Shown here: one piece after another, positions 24,601 through 36,517 of the stretch | How the letters are laid out: each line of letters starts with the position of its first letter | Position numbering within the stretch: position 1 is the first letter of the stretch | Source: Eledone cirrhosa | Taxonomy: Eukaryota | Assembly: GCA_964016885.1 (NCBI GenBank) | Contig: OZ024740.1 | Span: forward strand, 78,926,001-78,990,000 | DNA length: 64,000 bases | Reading direction: 5' to 3' | The notes under the pieces: generated by a model | The model's input: the letters and a program-made list of their open reading frames with translations, nothing else | Told to the model about the DNA's origin: nothing | The model's database searches: none | Translations under genes and position numbers: made by a program

Positions 24601-26529
24601 ACTACATACAACAACTTCATTCGAAAAGAATTACATAAAAAATATAGAAAAACGAGTGAAGTAACCCTTAAGCACATCAATGATGAGGCATGCGAAATAG
24701 TGAAAAATCTCGGAATCGAAGATAGGACAGGACCACTCTTACCGGCGGTACCCACCTTCAATCTTAAGGACCACAAGGTAAACTTTGATAATGACCCTAA
24801 AATTAGATTAATCTGCCCCTCTAAATCAGATATAGGTAAAATAAGCAAATATATCTTAGATAGAATCATCCCCCAAATTAAGGCTAAGGTTAACATTAAA
24901 CTCTGGGGGAAGACCCAAGAAGCAATAAGATGGTTTAATGGCATTAGCAATAAGAATAAATCTAAGTTTATCCAGTTTGATATCGATGAATATTACTCAT
25001 CGATATCACCTGAAACTTTGAATAGAGCCATTAAGTTTGCTAAGGATAACTCTGACCTTACAAACGATGAAATTAAGATTATATTAGAAGCTAGGAAAAC
25101 TATAGTCAAATTTGAGAACAGTTATTGGGTACGTAAAGATAGACCCTCTAACTTTGACATAACAATGGGCTCTAACGATTCGGCGGAAATAACTGATATT
25201 GTGGGGTTATTTATCGCCTTTAGACTCCAGGAAAAATTCAGCAATCTCCACGGCGGAATATACCGCGACGATGTTCTCCTCCTAGCTAAAAACCTTAATA
25301 ACCAAAAACTAGAAAAACTACGCAAAGATATAAGAAAACTACTACTTGAAATAGGACTAACTATAACATATGAATACAACCTTAAAGTAGTTAACTTCCT
25401 GGATGTCACACTCAATTTAAACTCTGGTTTGATTAAACCGTTTCATAAATTGAATGAAAATCTCAAATACGTAAATGTTGGGTCTAACCACCCCATCTCT
25501 ATAATTAAATCTATCCCTAAAAATATTTCCCTTAGAATCTCGGGTCTATCTTCTAACATACAAGTATTTAAGGAACACGCCGAGTACTACGATAACGCCC
25601 TTAGTAAAGCAGGCTACCTCAACAAAATAGAGTACATAGATGGGAACAATCAAAACACCCAAAATAAATCCCACATAGGTAGATATAATAACACAACACC
25701 AAACCACACTTACTACCATAGTATGCACACCAGTAAACCAACAAACAAAACTAATAGAAAGCGATGCAAAGAGTACTTATGGTATAACCCCGAATACAAT
25801 AGCTCCATTAGTACAAATTTACCAGTACTCTTCTTTAAAATAATTAAAAGACATTTTCCCACATCACACAAATACCACAAAATCCTAAACCCTACCACTA
25901 TAAGACTGTCATACTCTACAGCGTTAAACCTTGAACAACACATAAAAAAGATCAATACTAGAAGGTTAAACGAAAACACTAAGAACTTAAGTACAAAGAA
26001 CCCCAAAAAAACAGTAGACAATACACTACAGAACATAAATAAACCACACCTAAGTTCGTCCGCAATACTACTCCAGAGAAAACCCAACGTACACAACTGT
26101 AACTGCACCTATCCTGACAACTGCCCCCTCGGCAATAACTGCCTGGAAAAAAATATTATTTATAAGTGTACCATTAAATCCGGAGGCAACGAGTGGTATT
26201 ACGTGGGATCAACGGCAACATCGTTTAAATCTCGATTGTATAGGCATTCTTACTCAATAAAACACCAGAGCCAAAGAAATGTAACAACTTTAGCAGAAAA
26301 GGCTTGGACGCTCAGGGATAGCAATCAAAAGTTTACCCTAAAATGGGAAAAATTAGCTAAAACCCAAAGCTTTTCCAGGAGCCAAAATTTCTGCAAATTG
26401 TGTAATCTTGAGATTTATTACATAATCACACACAAGAAGAAACTGCTGAATAACAGAATTGAACGAACATTATTCTGCCGTCACAGAACTAAAACCCTTT
26501 TTTCCCACTACAAGCAGAATATTACATAA
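24601..26529 (+). CDS. Penelope-like reverse transcriptase / GIY-YIG endonuclease (N-terminally truncated, otherwise uninterrupted)
   Basis: LKDHK.NF.NDP.IRLI.P.KSDIG, FIQFDIDEYYSSI, FDITMGSNDSAE, IYRDD, VNFLDVTLNL; CNC...CPL..C, IIY...YVG, CKLC.LE, LLN.R, CRH. The frame is open from the inversion junction, upstream of the listed GTG start at 24700. Confidence 0.92.
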   Translation, partial: TTYNNFIRKELHKKYRKTSEVTLKHINDEACEIVKNLGIEDRTGPLLPAVPTFNLKDHKVNFDNDPKIRLICPSKSDIGKISKYILDRIIPQIKAKVNIKLWGKTQEAIRWFNGISNKNKSKFIQFDIDEYYSSISPETLNRAIKFAKDNSDLTNDEIKIILEARKTIVKFENSYWVRKDRPSNFDITMGSNDSAEITDIVGLFIAFRLQEKFSNLHGGIYRDDVLLLAKNLNNQKLEKLRKDIRKLLLEIGLTITYEYNLKVVNFLDVTLNLNSGLIKPFHKLNENLKYVNVGSNHPISIIKSIPKNISLRISGLSSNIQVFKEHAEYYDNALSKAGYLNKIEYIDGNNQNTQNKSHIGRYNNTTPNHTYYHSMHTSKPTNKTNRKRCKEYLWYNPEYNSSISTNLPVLFFKIIKRHFPTSHKYHKILNPTTIRLSYSTALNLEQHIKKINTRRLNENTKNLSTKNPKKTVDNTLQNINKPHLSSSAILLQRKPNVHNCNCTYPDNCPLGNNCLEKNIIYKCTIKSGGNEWYYVGSTATSFKSRLYRHSYSIKHQSQRNVTTLAEKAWTLRDSNQKFTLKWEKLAKTQSFSRSQNFCKLCNLEIYYIITHKKKLLNNRIERTLFCRHRTKTLFSHYKQNIT

Positions 26530-26699
26530 AAGAGTGACATCCCCCAACTATATAAACCTTAATCTAGTTAGAAAAATATAAAAACAATCTCTTCTCAACA
26601 TATATTAATAACCTTAAATTACCATACTAATAATGAAAAGATATGCTGATGAGAATAGGTACAAATATGCGATAATGAATGTGTCTAAAAACGTCCATA

Positions 26700-26856
26700 A
26701 GTATGTATATATATGTGAAAATGTATATAAATAAGTAAATATATATATATGTTTGATGTGTATAGTTAGATGTAAGTGTATTCATGTATTAAAGTGCTTA
26801 TATATATATATATGTGTGTGTATGTATGTATATATGTGTATATATGTATATGTATG

Positions 26857-26911
<55 letters not shown>

Positions 26912-27190
26912 GTATATGTGTATGTATGTATGTGTATATGGATGTGTATGTATGTGTATGTGTGTACACATGGACTAGAGTATGTATGTATATATGTGTG
27001 TGTCTATACGTGTGTATATATAAAGATAAGTTGAGTATGAAAATGTATACACATGAGCGCGTATGTATGTACATGAATACATGTGTGTATATATATGTGT
27101 ATGCATGTGTATATATATGTAAGTATGAATATGTGAATTGTGAGTATATGTATTTTGTAGAGGTGTGCAAATATATTTGTGTGTGAATGC
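26700..27190. repeat. Compound (TA/TG)n microsatellite inside the Penelope 3' region
   Basis: Directly visible between the ORF stop and the pLTR. Confidence 0.9.
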
Positions 27191-27481
27191 GTGGGTGAAA
27201 GAATACGTACACTTGAAAGAAAAATTTAAGTCTGAATGTTAAGTGCAAACACAAAACCAACCACGCATATCTTTACTATCTCTAATCCTTCTATAGATTT
27301 AGAAAAATAACCAATAATATATTCTATAAAAAATGTCAAAACAACAGATGGGAATCTAATTACTCACTGCCACCAAGAATTCTCACTGCTATCGAAAAAC
27401 CACTCCTTCAACTATTCTTCTAACAACTTCACCCCTCCCTCCTAATATTCTCTATAAAAACTAAATAGGTCCTCAGTAATA

Positions 27482-27598
27482 TTATTCTGATGAAATGACA
27501 GTAAATAATAACATTGAAATATTGAATGTCTGCATAACTAAAAGTTTGTAGATAGCGGTTTTAGGTTATGTAACTGTTATAGAAACACGTGTCAATAA
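27482..27598 (+). ncRNA. Type I hammerhead ribozyme in the 3' pLTR, intact core
   Basis: TTATT-CTGATGA-A-ATGACAGT...ACTGTTAT-A-GAAAC-ACGT-GTC-AATAA; predicted cleavage after 27593. Confidence 0.85.
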
Positions 27599-27659
27599 AT
27601 TCCTTTCAACTAAACTGTATCCATTCAAATCTTTCTATATATATATATATATATATATG

Positions 27660-28410
27660 GCCCACTTTCCCTGCTAGCAAGTGTTGGATGGATTTACATA
27701 CATCAAGTCAGTAATGAAGTAGTGCTACTGACCTCCAAGACAGGCCGAGGGGTCTGTATCCCACTTATCTACAGTCATATCGAGTGCAAAGAACTTGTAG
27801 TGTCTTTTGACTCAAACTGAAGGTTTGACAAGCTTTCTATGGTTGGATGCCCTTTCTAACACCAACCACTTTACAGTGTGTACTGGGTGCTGTTATTGTG
27901 TAGCTCACTAGCACTAGGGAGGCTCTCACGTCCGTGACACAGCTAAAGGCTCCTCCCAATGCTTTGTTTGGAAAACTTTCTACAACTGGATGTCCTTCTT
28001 AACACCAGCCACTTTACAGCATGTACTGGGTGCGTTTATCACATAGATCAACATTAGAGAGGTTGTTGTGTCTTTGACACAGCTAAAGAGTCCTCTCAAC
28101 TCTTTTAGGCATGGTTTCTACAGCAGGGTGCCCTTACTGTTGCCAACCACCCTTACAGAATGTACTGGGTACATTTTCGTGGTACCATCACTAGAGAGGT
28201 TGTTAGTAATAGACCTAACTGTGGAACCCTATCAGCTAGCAATGGTTGGACGGGTCTACATAGACAAAGTCACCACTGAAGCGGGGCTACTGACCTTCTA
28301 GACAGGCCAAGGGATCCACATCTGACATATAGTCATACGTTCCATCGAGTGTTATGTCTTTTGACAAAAACTGAATGGGCTCCCAACCCTTTGTTTGACA
28401 AGCTTTCTGT
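27660..28410 (-). mobile_element. RTE-3'UTR-related repeats in tandem
   Basis: Repeated CTGGATGCCCTT...CCAACCACTTTACAG motifs, reverse complement of the RTE tail. Confidence 0.55.
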
Positions 28411-28722
28411 AATGTGTAAAAGAGGATGCCATGATAATTTTTACATCTGCTTTTCCATGCTAGTATGTGTTGGATAGGAGTTTTTGAGGCAGTGTTTTAT
28501 GGCCAAAGTTCAACCCTTTTAATTGCCACATAAGACACACAGGGATACCTTGTACCTATTCTAAAACTGAGATACACATGGATCAATGCAATTTGAGTAA
28601 ACTATGTAAAGAAAGGATGAGATGTTCATGGGTGGAATACCTTTGTTTATAGGTTTATGTAATCAGGGCTGATCTAGGACTAAACAATAACAACAATAAC
28701 AAATTTATCAAAACACACACAC

Positions 28723-28782
<60 letters not shown>

Positions 28783-28871
28783 CATTTTATGTTTGCTTTA
28801 CCATGGTTGCATGGATATATATATATATATATATATATAATCATTTTATGTTTGCTTTACCATGGTTGCAT

Positions 28872-28953
<82 letters not shown>

Positions 28954-30340
28954 AAGACAACTAGAAAAAAACGTCAGCAAAACTAGTAATGCTATTTTGA
29001 CTTGACTTTATCTTCCAGACATAATTTATGATAATCACAGTGACTTGATGGTGTATGTGTCTACTTTGTTCATAATAGTGAAATAAATAAAAAAAATGGA
29101 GTAAAACGATATTTCTTGCAGTTGTATATATGATAGAAGGTTATTTTACTTAAATAGTCTAATGTAATTTCAATGAAAGATTTACTATTGTAGTTTATTT
29201 GTGGAAAGCTTTGTATGGTTTCTGTATTGCATCTTCTCTGTATTTAGTTTCCCAAATGACTGTCGGCTACAGTCATGGCTGTTAAGTTCATTAAAACCAA
29301 CCCTTTGGAACATATCTTCATTGTTTTGTTTGTTTTTTTTTGTTTTTATTTTCTGTTATTATTTCTTCTAAATACATTATCAAGAAAATCAGGAACAATG
29401 CCTGTCAAAGGCTGTTTGCATCTTGTTAAACTATTAGACTACTCCTTGTGAAAAAGTACAGTTTTCTCTGCATGGCACATTTGAGAAATTAACATGAATA
29501 TAATTTTAAGTGTGAAATTCTATATCATTTACACATAAACAAGCAATAACTTCATTTGTTACAGAGTTTGACATATATCAAAGTAATATTAGTTGGAAAT
29601 AATAGACTAAATATGCCCATTTAGATAAGATCAAATATATTTCAGATAGTAACTTTCTAGTATATATATATAAATCACTTCTTTTTAACAGAAGAAATGT
29701 AAAAGCAATTTTTCAATCTGCAAAAAATAGTTTTCTGAATGTTAAAATATTTGAGATCCCTCAATGTTAATAAGGTTATCTTTTTTCTAGACTCATTAGA
29801 GATGAAAGTTTGAAAAGTTATAATTCTATTAAGATAGTGCATGCTGTAAAGTGTTAGTGCTGGTGTTAAGATAAAATATATCAAGTACAGTCTGTATGTA
29901 AAGTATTGGTGCTGGTATCACAGTAAAATGCATCCAGTATACGCTGTAAAGTGATTAGCATTAGGTAGAATATCCAGCCATAGAAGCCATCCTGAATGTA
30001 GAACATAACTTCAGTGCTTTTGATCATGACTGAATTGGCAAGGTTGTTAGTGTGTCAGATATAATACCTTGCAGTGTTTGTTCTGTGCTCTCAGTTCATA
30101 TCCCATAGAAATCAACTCTTCATTTAATTTTTTTAGGATTGATAAATAAATTTACAAATCCAGGCTGGAGCATTCAAAATATTATTATGGTATCTGTTCT
30201 GTGTTCAAATCCTGTCCACTTTCATTAGAAAAATGGTGATATGAAAGCATTGGGACTCCTGTCATTAAAACATTCAAGTAACCTAAGAGATGCAGCCTCA
30301 TAGGAAGTCTGCTAAACCTACTGTATTCTATGCTGAATCT

Positions 30341-30430
30341 CCAGTCTGAAGAGCAGATTGATAATGGAATCAGGTCCATAACATTTATAGATGACCCTGA
30401 GCAAATCCTCAGCGAAACATGTGTAACAGG
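30341..30430 (+). ncRNA. Type I hammerhead ribozyme, intact core with decayed stems
   Basis: CCAGT-CTGAAGA-GC...GC-GAAAC-ATGT-GTA-ACAGG, followed by AATAAA. Confidence 0.65.
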
Positions 30431-31469
30431 TTGATACACAATAAAAAAAATAATAATCACATATAAACAACACTTCATCAATTTGTTTAATATATATATA
30501 TGATATGATGATATATATATATAATCATCATTTTACGTCCGCTTTTCCCTGCTTGCAAGGGTGAGACAGGTCCTATTCAGCACATCTCTCCACTTGTCAT
30601 GGTCCTTCGTCATCTCCTCCGTCATCTCCTCCGTGAACTTCTGAGGTCTGCTCTCACCACCTCCACCCATGTTTACCGTGGTCTTCCTCTACTGCGTCTT
30701 CATTCTACTGGCATTTCTTGGCACTTCTTTATCCAGTAGTCATCCTCCATGCGCATCACATATCCATACCATTGCAGTCTTCTCTCCCACACACTACAAC
30801 TTATCCCTCTTATACACAGTTTCTCTCTCAACTCATTCAATATATATATAAGAATATGTGGTAAACATGGTTGTAAAATTCTTATCCAACTAGTGTGAGG
30901 TATATATTTGTCTCTGGGATCAACTTAAAACTTTCTATCATGAGAGCTGATTTTGCATTAGATTAAAACTTGGTTGATAGATTTAACCTTCATATAGTTT
31001 AACACTACCACTTCTCCCTCAGATGTTTTAGCTTTTAGCTGTTGTAAACATTCAGACCAAGGCTTCAATCTGAAGATATTTTCCTTCTGAAAATGGTTAG
31101 TAGTGCTGCTATTTTCTCCTCTTATTAAGCTATTAAAAATAAATTAAGTTTATATATATATATAATTTTACAAAATTTCTTACAAATTTTCTTTTCTTTA
31201 TAATACAGTTTCTGCAGTTTTTATCAGAAACTATGAACATTTTAAACGACTACCAACTAGAAAACATTTATCTCCAATCTATCACGCATTCACAATTTTG
31301 TTTGCAAAGCCCACAAAATATTTGCATGACATGCTGTGATATCTTTTGGTTATTGTGAGTGATGTGTGATGGTATAGAAACCCATATATATATACTTTAA
31401 GATCACAAAAGACAAACACTGAAATACAATTACGCAAAGTCTTATCAGTGTCATGCTTGTTGGAAAAAG

Positions 31470-31515
31470 AAAAGAAATGTTTCAACATATCAGACATTAG
31501 TCCTTCATCAGAAAA
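31470..31515 (-). ncRNA. Degenerate minimal hammerhead, same family as 63979
   Basis: CTGATGA-A-GGAC-TAAT-GTCT-GATATGTT; GAAA box damaged. Confidence 0.4.
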
Positions 31516-32924
31516 GAGTTAATTTAAGCGAAAGAGTAGGTTGGAAGGTTGAGAAAAAAATATATATACATAGAGAGAAGTGTGTGTTTGTGTCTTTGTT
31601 TATGTATCCTAACTTAGTAATTTGAAAAGATAAGATTGAAAAAAGATGTACTGAGGTTGATATAATCAACTAAATCCGTCAAAGATGGTGCCCAAGCATG
31701 GCCAATGTCTAATGATTCAAGCCAGTAAAAGAATATAATATAAATTATGCTACCTCTAATGCATAAACTCAAACAATTTTTTTAAAGTTATAATAATATA
31801 AAGTATTGTTTTTGTTTCGGAACATGGTATCTGTTGAACAGGGAAAAGATAATTGTTATGAACAGCTTTGAAAGTTATTTTTGCAAGGTAAGAGGCTCTT
31901 AATTAGACTAGAAGTAAGAGAAAGAGGATATGGTTGGAGGGGGTAATGGGGACGGGGGAGAGGCAGATAATGTATCAACAAGATAAGGTAGGAACTGTAT
32001 TTGTAGAACTATTGGAATAGTGGGATAAGGCAGGAATATATATTAAGGAAAGACAGAATTGGTGAAAGTTACTAATGAAAACAGTAATTTTGTTATTTCT
32101 ATAATAACAAAGGTTTCTTTGGAACTAGCAGAAATAATATTTTTGTTCTGTTTAGTTTCTGTTTCACCAAGATTTCATCTAAATAGCTTCAATAAACAAA
32201 GGTTATAAAAGTTTATGGACATACTTTTAGATGGTATATTTGATCTGTAGATACTTCCAAATAACTTTATCTAAAATCATAAAATCCTTGTTGTCATCGT
32301 TTTTACATCTGTTTTCCATACTAGAATGACTTGGTCAGGACTTTTTGAAGCAGTATTTTACAACTGAATGCCCTTCTTGATGCCAACTCTTTCAGTTACC
32401 TCTAGGGCATGCAGAGATAGGGTTTATTTATTCTAAAAAAAAAAACACACACACCTCACATCTCTGATCCTCGTGTCATAAAACCATGAGAGGCCTCATA
32501 CTTTCAGTTTCTCTTCTTTCTAAATACACCTAATATCTAACTTCTTTTCTAGCTACCTAGTATTGTTCTTTGCTTCCCTCTTTCATTCATTCATTCATTC
32601 ATACTTTCAAGACCTATCTCTTAAGTATTTATGGCTCTACCTACTATACAATTCCACCACCACGTCACTGTCTTGTCTTGCTAGAACCTTGCTCCAGTCA
32701 CTGATCTGGCCTGTGGTTTTCAGTAGGTTTTCTCATAGAACCTCCCAACTGTCTTCTATATAAGGTAACAAATTATAATCATGTTATACCTTCATCGCAT
32801 TGCTATTAAGTCTTAATGTCCTGTGCTGCATGAACCACATGAACGGCATTAACAAAACATTCTTGAAAAGTACCACTATGACTGCATTACATTAAAAATT
32901 AATGTCTTTACTAGAATAAAGACA

Positions 32925-33200
32925 GGTGTGTGGCCTTCTAGTAAGGGTGTTGGAATTATAATCATAATGCCATTGGTTTGATTCCTGGACTGGGGTGCAT
33001 GTTGCATTCTTGAGCAAAACACTTCATTTCAAGTTGCTCCAGTATACTCAGCTGAAAATGAGTACCAGCAATAGCTGGAGGTTTAAACCTGCAATGGATT
33101 GGCGTCCTGTCCAGGTGGAGTCTTGCACTCTCAGTCGGTTCACACCACAAAACAGCGAAACGCACCAGCCTAATGAGCCTTCTGGCTTGGGACAGACTTT
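32925..33200 (+). mobile_element. tRNA-derived SINE (third family)
   Basis: B-box GGTTTGATTCC, TTCTTGAGCAAAACACTT...CTCAGCTGAAAATGAG; reversed copy at about 18945-19088. Confidence 0.65.
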
Positions 33201-34341
33201 ATACTCTATTACTGGAAATTTTTACAACAATGTGTTGACTAATAAGTAAAGATATTATAAACAATTAAATTAACAAACCTATTTTTAGATATTTTCTGTT
33301 AGATGTTAAGAATTAATTCTTTCACACTTCAAGCACTCATTGTTTTGGATCAACTTTTCTATGCTAGCAAAGGTTTTTGTACTTTATAAATAATTTTTAT
33401 TTATCTATTTATTTATTCTTTCATTCATTCAAAATATCTTATTTCAAAATTTGAATTAATCATAAAAATGAAGCAAAAACAAAACTTATTTCAAAGTTAA
33501 ATATAATTTGCCTTTTTAAATCAGTTCAGTTAAGATACAGGTAAGTTAAGCATTTATAGTGTATTAATATAATAGGTTCTGAGATAATTATAGTATATAA
33601 TTTATAATAGGTTCTTAGATAATTATTATTATCATCTTCCCATGGATCATACTTACATCATGCATTTTTTTTTCATTTCTTTTCCTTTTGTCAGAAAATA
33701 TGCACCTGCTCCTAACTTTAATCTTCAGCTTAGACTTAATTGGCAAAATGTCTTGTTTTTTGTCTTTTTTTTGTTTTGTTTTGTTTTTTTGTATTTTTTT
33801 GTATTTTAGTTTCTGATAGTAACTGTTCTTTATTCTTCTGTTTATGAAATTTTGAAATTTGATACATCATCATCATCATTATCACTGTTTAATGTCTGCT
33901 TTTCCATGCTTGCATGAGTTCAGTGGATCTTTTCCAGCACAGCACACCTCCACTCATTGCTGTTCTTTGTTATCTCCTCTGTGAGCTTGAGATCAGTTCC
34001 CACAAACTCTGTGCAGGTTTTTCTTGGACTCCTACTGCATCTTCCTTCCATTGGGATTTCTTGGCATCTCTTCATCCAATGTTCAACATCCATACATATC
34101 ACATACATAAGAATACTATGGACTACTAATATTGCTGGGAACACAAGGCTATTATACATTTATATTTCTTTCTTTGGCTGTGTGGTTTAGAAGTTTGCTT
34201 TGCAACCATGCATTTTCAGGTTCAATCCCACTGCATGGAAATTTGGGCAAGAGTTTTCTAATAGAGGCTTGAGTGGACCATGCCCTGGGAGTAAAATTTG
34301 GTAGACAGAAACTGTGTAGGAGCCTATCATATATATATATG

Positions 34342-34683
34342 AGCGAGACACGGTCACCCGACCAACCTTGCCTCAAGTGGGACAACTCCTGTCTAACCCA
34401 TGCTAGCGTGGAAAGTGGACTTTAAACGAAGATGATGATGATGATATATATGTGTAAAGTGGGCGTGTAGGTGTCACAACAAAAAACTCCCAGCATACAC
34501 TGTAAATGTGGTTGGCATGAGGAATGGCATCCATTCATAGCAACCAAGCCAGAAACAGTTCTGTATGAGCCAGAAATGGTCACCTGACCCAACTTGCCTC
34601 AAACAGGACAACCCATCTAATCCATGCTAGCATGGAAAATGGACATTAAACAACATCGATGATGATGATGATGATGATGATGA
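34342..34683 (+). mobile_element. Two tandem RTE 3'-tail fragments
   Basis: Match 10820-10920 and 42080-42250, each with a (GAT)n tail. Confidence 0.8.
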
Positions 34684-34879
34684 TATATATATGTGCGTGT
34701 GTGTGTGTGTATGTATTGTTTTAATATGGAGCTAACTGACCGGGGATGTGCAATCCACATTCTAGTTGGTCGGCTGTGATGCTGATAAAATGAAGGTATA
34801 ATTGGTAGAAACCGGAGGATTATAGAGTATTAAATACATCGAAGGCCACATGCAGTTGTATTCAGGTTTATTTTCATCT

Positions 34880-34959
34880 CCATAATACATACTTCGCTGA
34901 GGTCAACAGTTAGGTAGTTCTCTTCCTAACCACTCCATCTGCCTGAGCTCATCAGATGG
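34880..34959 (-). ncRNA. Type I hammerhead, slightly degenerate
   Basis: CCAT-CTGATGA-GCTCAGG...CCTCAGC-GAAG-TATGTA-TT-ATGG; stem I CCAT/ATGG. Confidence 0.6.
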
Positions 34960-35174
34960 TATAAAAATATTTAAACAATTTCAGACAACTTAAAATATTT
35001 TTTTTGTTTTTTCAAAAAATTCCTTCAAAAAGTTCTTATGATAGAAAAGAACTGGTGGTATGTATTGTTGGTTCTGTGCGAGCTGGCCCTGAACTACAGG
35101 ATATAAACAAATAGCATCACTTATTAAGCATTTTAGACATTAAACAGAGATACATATACATACATAAATATAAT

Positions 35175-35259
<85 letters not shown>

Positions 35260-36478
35260 GTGTGTATGTATCTGTGTTTAAAGGCTACTGGTTATTATGC
35301 ATTGTAAATTTTAAACACATACACATACATATAATTGTGTATATATATATATATATAATATTATATTATATTTATATGTATGTATGAGTCTGTGTTTAAC
35401 GTCTACAGTACTTATATATAATTATATTTATATATGTATCTGTGTTTAAAGTCTGCAATGCTTAATAACCAGTGCTATTTGTTCATGTCCTATAAATTAG
35501 TAGTTTGACAAATAGAGATTGATGAAATAAATACCAGGCTTAAAAATAAGTAGTATTTAAAACCACCTATGTAGGAATCGTAAACTGGAGGTAAAAACAC
35601 AAATTGTGATGGATCCTCTGTCAATTTTTTATGATGAGTATTCAGTTATTCAATCAACTGAATGGCCAACTCCTGAATTAAGGTATATGTGGTTGTGTAT
35701 TTCTCAGATATGTATACCCTTAACCCTTTAGCATTTTGCATTAATCTATACTATTGTATTTTCGTAGTAAAGGCTTCATCTCACATAATAATCTTACATA
35801 ATATTGAATTTACGAGATTTTTGTATTATTTATTTTGATAACTATACCTTAACATAAATATGAGCAGCTGGTTATGGCCAGTTTGAGCAGAAAGGGGTGA
35901 GCGATTTCTGGCCGACCACTGCTGGTTTAAATGCTAATGGGTTTATGTAATTTCCAAGTAGAATAATCAGCGTGATAAGGTTAGACCTTTGAATTACAGG
36001 TACACATGGTTTATATCTTCCCAATTCCATTCACAAGGTTTATGTCATCTCAAGCTTTTGATAAAGACATTTGCCCAAGATGCCATGCAGTGGGATCAAA
36101 CCTGAAACTTCATGGTTGCTAACCAAACTTCTTAACCAATCAACCAAAGCCTGCATCCTCACATAATATATATATATCTGAAGAAACCTCTAGCTATAAC
36201 CATGTAAAGACATGATAAATCTCATAGTGTTAAAGACATGATAAATCTCATAGTGTTGGTGCTATGATAAAATGCTTGGTTCACTTTGTAAAATGTGGGG
36301 AATATGTAAGCAAAATGAGGCTGCAACCCATCTGAGAGATCTGTGTCTCCAATTATGTACTAACTTGGTCTGTGATGACTTGTCCAACCCTTACTATTAG
36401 GGAAAGCACATTAAATGATGATGATGATATACATTTTGTAGTAAGTCTTTAAAAGCATTTAGCTACTGTTTATTTTTG

Positions 36479-36517
<39 letters not shown>

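Larger units (their letters stand above)
24049..27638 (+). mobile_element. Penelope-like element (Naiad-type), 5'-truncated, with inverted 5' copy of the 3' pLTR
   Basis: RT + GIY-YIG ORF; 24159-24602 is the reverse complement of 27195-27638 (444 bp, no mismatch seen); (TA)n on both flanks. Confidence 0.93.

Noticed and set aside
24601-26529. Selenocysteine recoding as in some Naiads
   Set aside because: No in-frame TGA in the visible ORF, and it ends in TAA.
26753-27260. Several 90-160-aa ORFs
   Set aside because: Dinucleotide microsatellite translations.
31842-31887. Possible small exon (aacag|...caag|gtaaga)
   Set aside because: Weak pyrimidine tract, would break the HSF2BP frame, and has no homology.
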